Source: an uncultured Lentisphaeraceae bacterium (GTDB taxonomy: Bacteria > Verrucomicrobiota > Kiritimatiellia > RFP12 > UBA1067). Taken from it: a stretch of 64,000 bases of DNA. The position numbers and the translations under genes are program-made. Below the pieces are notes generated by a model. The model saw nothing but the letters and a program-made list of their open reading frames with translations, made no database searches and was not told where the DNA came from. Of this stretch, positions 61,989 to 64,000 are shown piece by piece (position 1 is the first letter of the stretch; each line of letters opens with the position of its first letter). The stretch covers positions 50,054-114,053 of the forward strand of contig CAYLRN010000004.1 of assembly GCA_964386385.1 (NCBI GenBank). The letters are read 5' to 3'.

Positions 61989-62054
61989 GGACGTGGGCTG
62001 ATCTGTTTCGTCGTCCACCGAAAGACCTACTTCGGGGAACGCCACGGCTACGAT

Positions 62055-63266
62055 GTGCTGAGTTCCGGCTTCTTCCTGAATGCGCCGGCGGAGAAGACGA
62101 CGGAAATCGGAAACGACCCATATGGTCTTCGTGCCGCATTCGCAGGCAGGGATGGTCTGATTGGCGAGGACGGCGATGCGATCCTTCGCGCCATGACGTC
62201 GAGGGACTCCGCCACGCAGAACTATGTCGCCGGCTTCCTCGACCGCATGAAGGACGCAGTGTCGGAACTGAACGTCTTCACATATCTCAATGCCTACTGG
62301 AACAAGATACCACGTCGCAGCGCAGACCGGCGTCCAAGCGGCTATGCGTTCATGGCGGGAGCGCATTTTGCGAAAATCCTTTCAGACGAGGTGGCGGCCG
62401 AGCCGTATCGTGGACTGTGGAGTCGGCTGCTAATCGGCTACCCTCATTTGAAACCGCAAAGCGACCGCTTGATACGGAAATATCTGTCGCGCGCAAGCCA
62501 TCTTGACAAACTGCCTGTTGCGTTGAAGTCTTCGCTTTGGAGGAAAGTGCGAAAGGCCATCGGACACACCTCTCCAATGGGGTATTTCATGTTCACGAGA
62601 AACCACGTGTTCTCCTATCCGCAGCTGGCGGAAGCAGTTCGCCGCGCATATCGACGCGGAACAAGTCTGCGCGAACTGCAGAACAGAATCCCCAAAACTC
62701 CTTTAGGCGACAGGGCTCGAAACGCCATAGCCAAACTCTATTCAGCCTGGATGAAGGTTGCACGAGGCGAATTGTGCGTTGAAGAAATCGCATGGAAGTC
62801 TGGTACGATCTACCGCAGCGTCCATGCAGAATTTCCGCAAGGCAATCTTGGATGTTTCAGCTGGAAGTTTTTCGAGCCGGCCTTTGACGGTTTTATCGAT
62901 TCGCCAAGCCTCTTTTACGACGGCTACGAGGACGGTTTCAGGGAGGTTCGCGGAAACACATGGGGTGAGAATTGCTACCTTTCCGACGACGACATCGAAA
63001 AATTCATTGAGACAATGGGGCTGCGTCTTCACAATTGGCGGCTTAATCCGACACTGGGAGAGGCGCAGGGCTTGCGGAACGTTTTCGTTTTTCTCGAAAG
63101 CGTGGACGCCCACGTCAATCTCCTGCCTGATCGCAAGGACCCTCGCATGGGGTTGCTGGACGGCATTGAGAACGAGGCCTGGTTCCAATGCAAACTTGCA
63201 CGAAAGTCATCGGCGAAGAAGTGGTCAGAACTTGACCGCATGAAAGAGGAGATGCAAAGAAAGTGA
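62055..63266 (+). CDS. hypothetical protein (segment 3, GTG start, no RBS)
   Basis: 403-aa ORF in the same frame again. Separated by TGA 61986..61988 and 22 sense codons (GRGLICFVVHRKTYFGERHGYD). Confidence 0.5.
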   Translation: MLSSGFFLNAPAEKTTEIGNDPYGLRAAFAGRDGLIGEDGDAILRAMTSRDSATQNYVAGFLDRMKDAVSELNVFTYLNAYWNKIPRRSADRRPSGYAFMAGAHFAKILSDEVAAEPYRGLWSRLLIGYPHLKPQSDRLIRKYLSRASHLDKLPVALKSSLWRKVRKAIGHTSPMGYFMFTRNHVFSYPQLAEAVRRAYRRGTSLRELQNRIPKTPLGDRARNAIAKLYSAWMKVARGELCVEEIAWKSGTIYRSVHAEFPQGNLGCFSWKFFEPAFDGFIDSPSLFYDGYEDGFREVRGNTWGENCYLSDDDIEKFIETMGLRLHNWRLNPTLGEAQGLRNVFVFLESVDAHVNLLPDRKDPRMGLLDGIENEAWFQCKLARKSSAKKWSELDRMKEEMQRK

Positions 63267-64000
63267 ATGCCGAATTCAACGCCGTCCACGCCTATGAGGA
63301 CGTTCGCAGAAAATACATTCAGTTCGTGCTCGACCGCGCCTTGGGCGTATATCCGAATTTCGGCGAACGCGCCCGTACTTGAAGCGCATCTGGACGTCCG
63401 ACGACCCGAAGACCGCGCTCTTCGCCCGTCCCGTAGTCGAACCGCTCTTCCCATATCCGTCTTCGGGACGGTCGATCCAGTCGCTCGTCGCCGCCGGAGT
63501 TCTGCACCCGGCAATGACGCGCTACGTGTCGGGGTTCCTGTTGAAGGACGGCGCGTCGCTCTACAGGCACCAACTCGCCGCCATCGAGGCGAGCCGAGAA
63601 CGCCATGTCGTCGTCGCATCCGGCACGGGTTCAGGAAAGACGGAGTGCTTTCTCTATTCAATGCTGAACAATCTGCTCTTCTCCGAGACAAAGGCATCGC
63701 TGACGTGGCCCGGAGTCCGCATCCTGCTCATATATCCGATGAACGCGCTCGTCAACGACCAGTTCGCGCGCATTCGGAAACTGCTTGAAAAAAGCCCTGA
63801 TGGCATCACAGTCGGCATGTACACGGGGCAGACGAAAGAAGATGACAGGCGTGAAATCCGCAGACGCCCTCCACACATCCTCATAACCAACTATTCGATG
63901 ATGGAGTATATGCTGCTGCGGCGTGCGGACAACGCGCTCTTCGAGGGGGGGCTTCTTCAGGCGATAGTACTCGACGAGGCACATCTCTATTCGGGAGACG
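63263..64000 (+). CDS. SF2 DEAH-box helicase, YprA/Lhr/DrmA/DruE-like, 5' part (runs off window; apparent frameshift near 63379)
   Basis: GTGA-coupled start VNAEFNAVHAYEDVRRKYIQFVLDRAL... stops at 63380. The frame from 63379 continues LKRIWTSDD...LYRHQLAAIE..VVVASGTGSGKTE (motif I), YPMNALVNDQ (Ia), ILITNYSMMEYML (Ib), VLDEAHLYSG (II). Confidence 0.8.

Overview
High-GC (judged by eye) bacterial chromosomal segment. The gene content looks like a PVC-type glycan degrader: a PEP-CTERM protein, giant proteins with autotransporter-associated beta-strand repeats, DUF1080, GH27, GH127 and a CE15-like esterase. Housekeeping genes are interspersed (rpsU, rlmB, rlmN, nth, tsaC, cobB). Most long antisense ORFs in the track are GC-driven artefacts.

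Two accessory islands look lower in GC.

(1) 28.16-35.48 kb is an invertible type I R-M shufflon: an HsdR-C-terminus::HsdM fusion, hsdS, a tyrosine recombinase and an inverted hsdS' cassette. It has an 81-bp near-perfect inverted repeat, three long perfect palindromes, and several inactivating lesions. Imperfect 15-bp direct repeats bound it.

(2) 48-64 kb is a defence island. It starts with a six-unit 33-bp iteron array. Next comes a compact type III-B (Cmr) CRISPR-Cas locus with a 462-aa HD-less Cas10 that keeps GGDD, an NE0113-type CARF-wHTH protein and a Card1/Can2-like CARF-nuclease. No cas6, cas1 or cas2 is in the window. An 8-repeat CRISPR array follows. After the array lies a tightly coupled operon of unrecognisable proteins ending in a YprA/DrmA/DruE-like DEAH helicase. 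This operon is the best candidate for an undescribed (possibly decaying) defence system.

GTAG-headed GC-rich hairpin repeats (REP/BIME-like) fill intergenic regions and have entered coding sequence in frame, in cmr6 and in the hsdS linkers. Several promoters for surface or secreted proteins carry 10-12 nt homopolymer tracts inside the -35/-10 spacer. All functional calls rest on motif recognition by eye; no database search was run.
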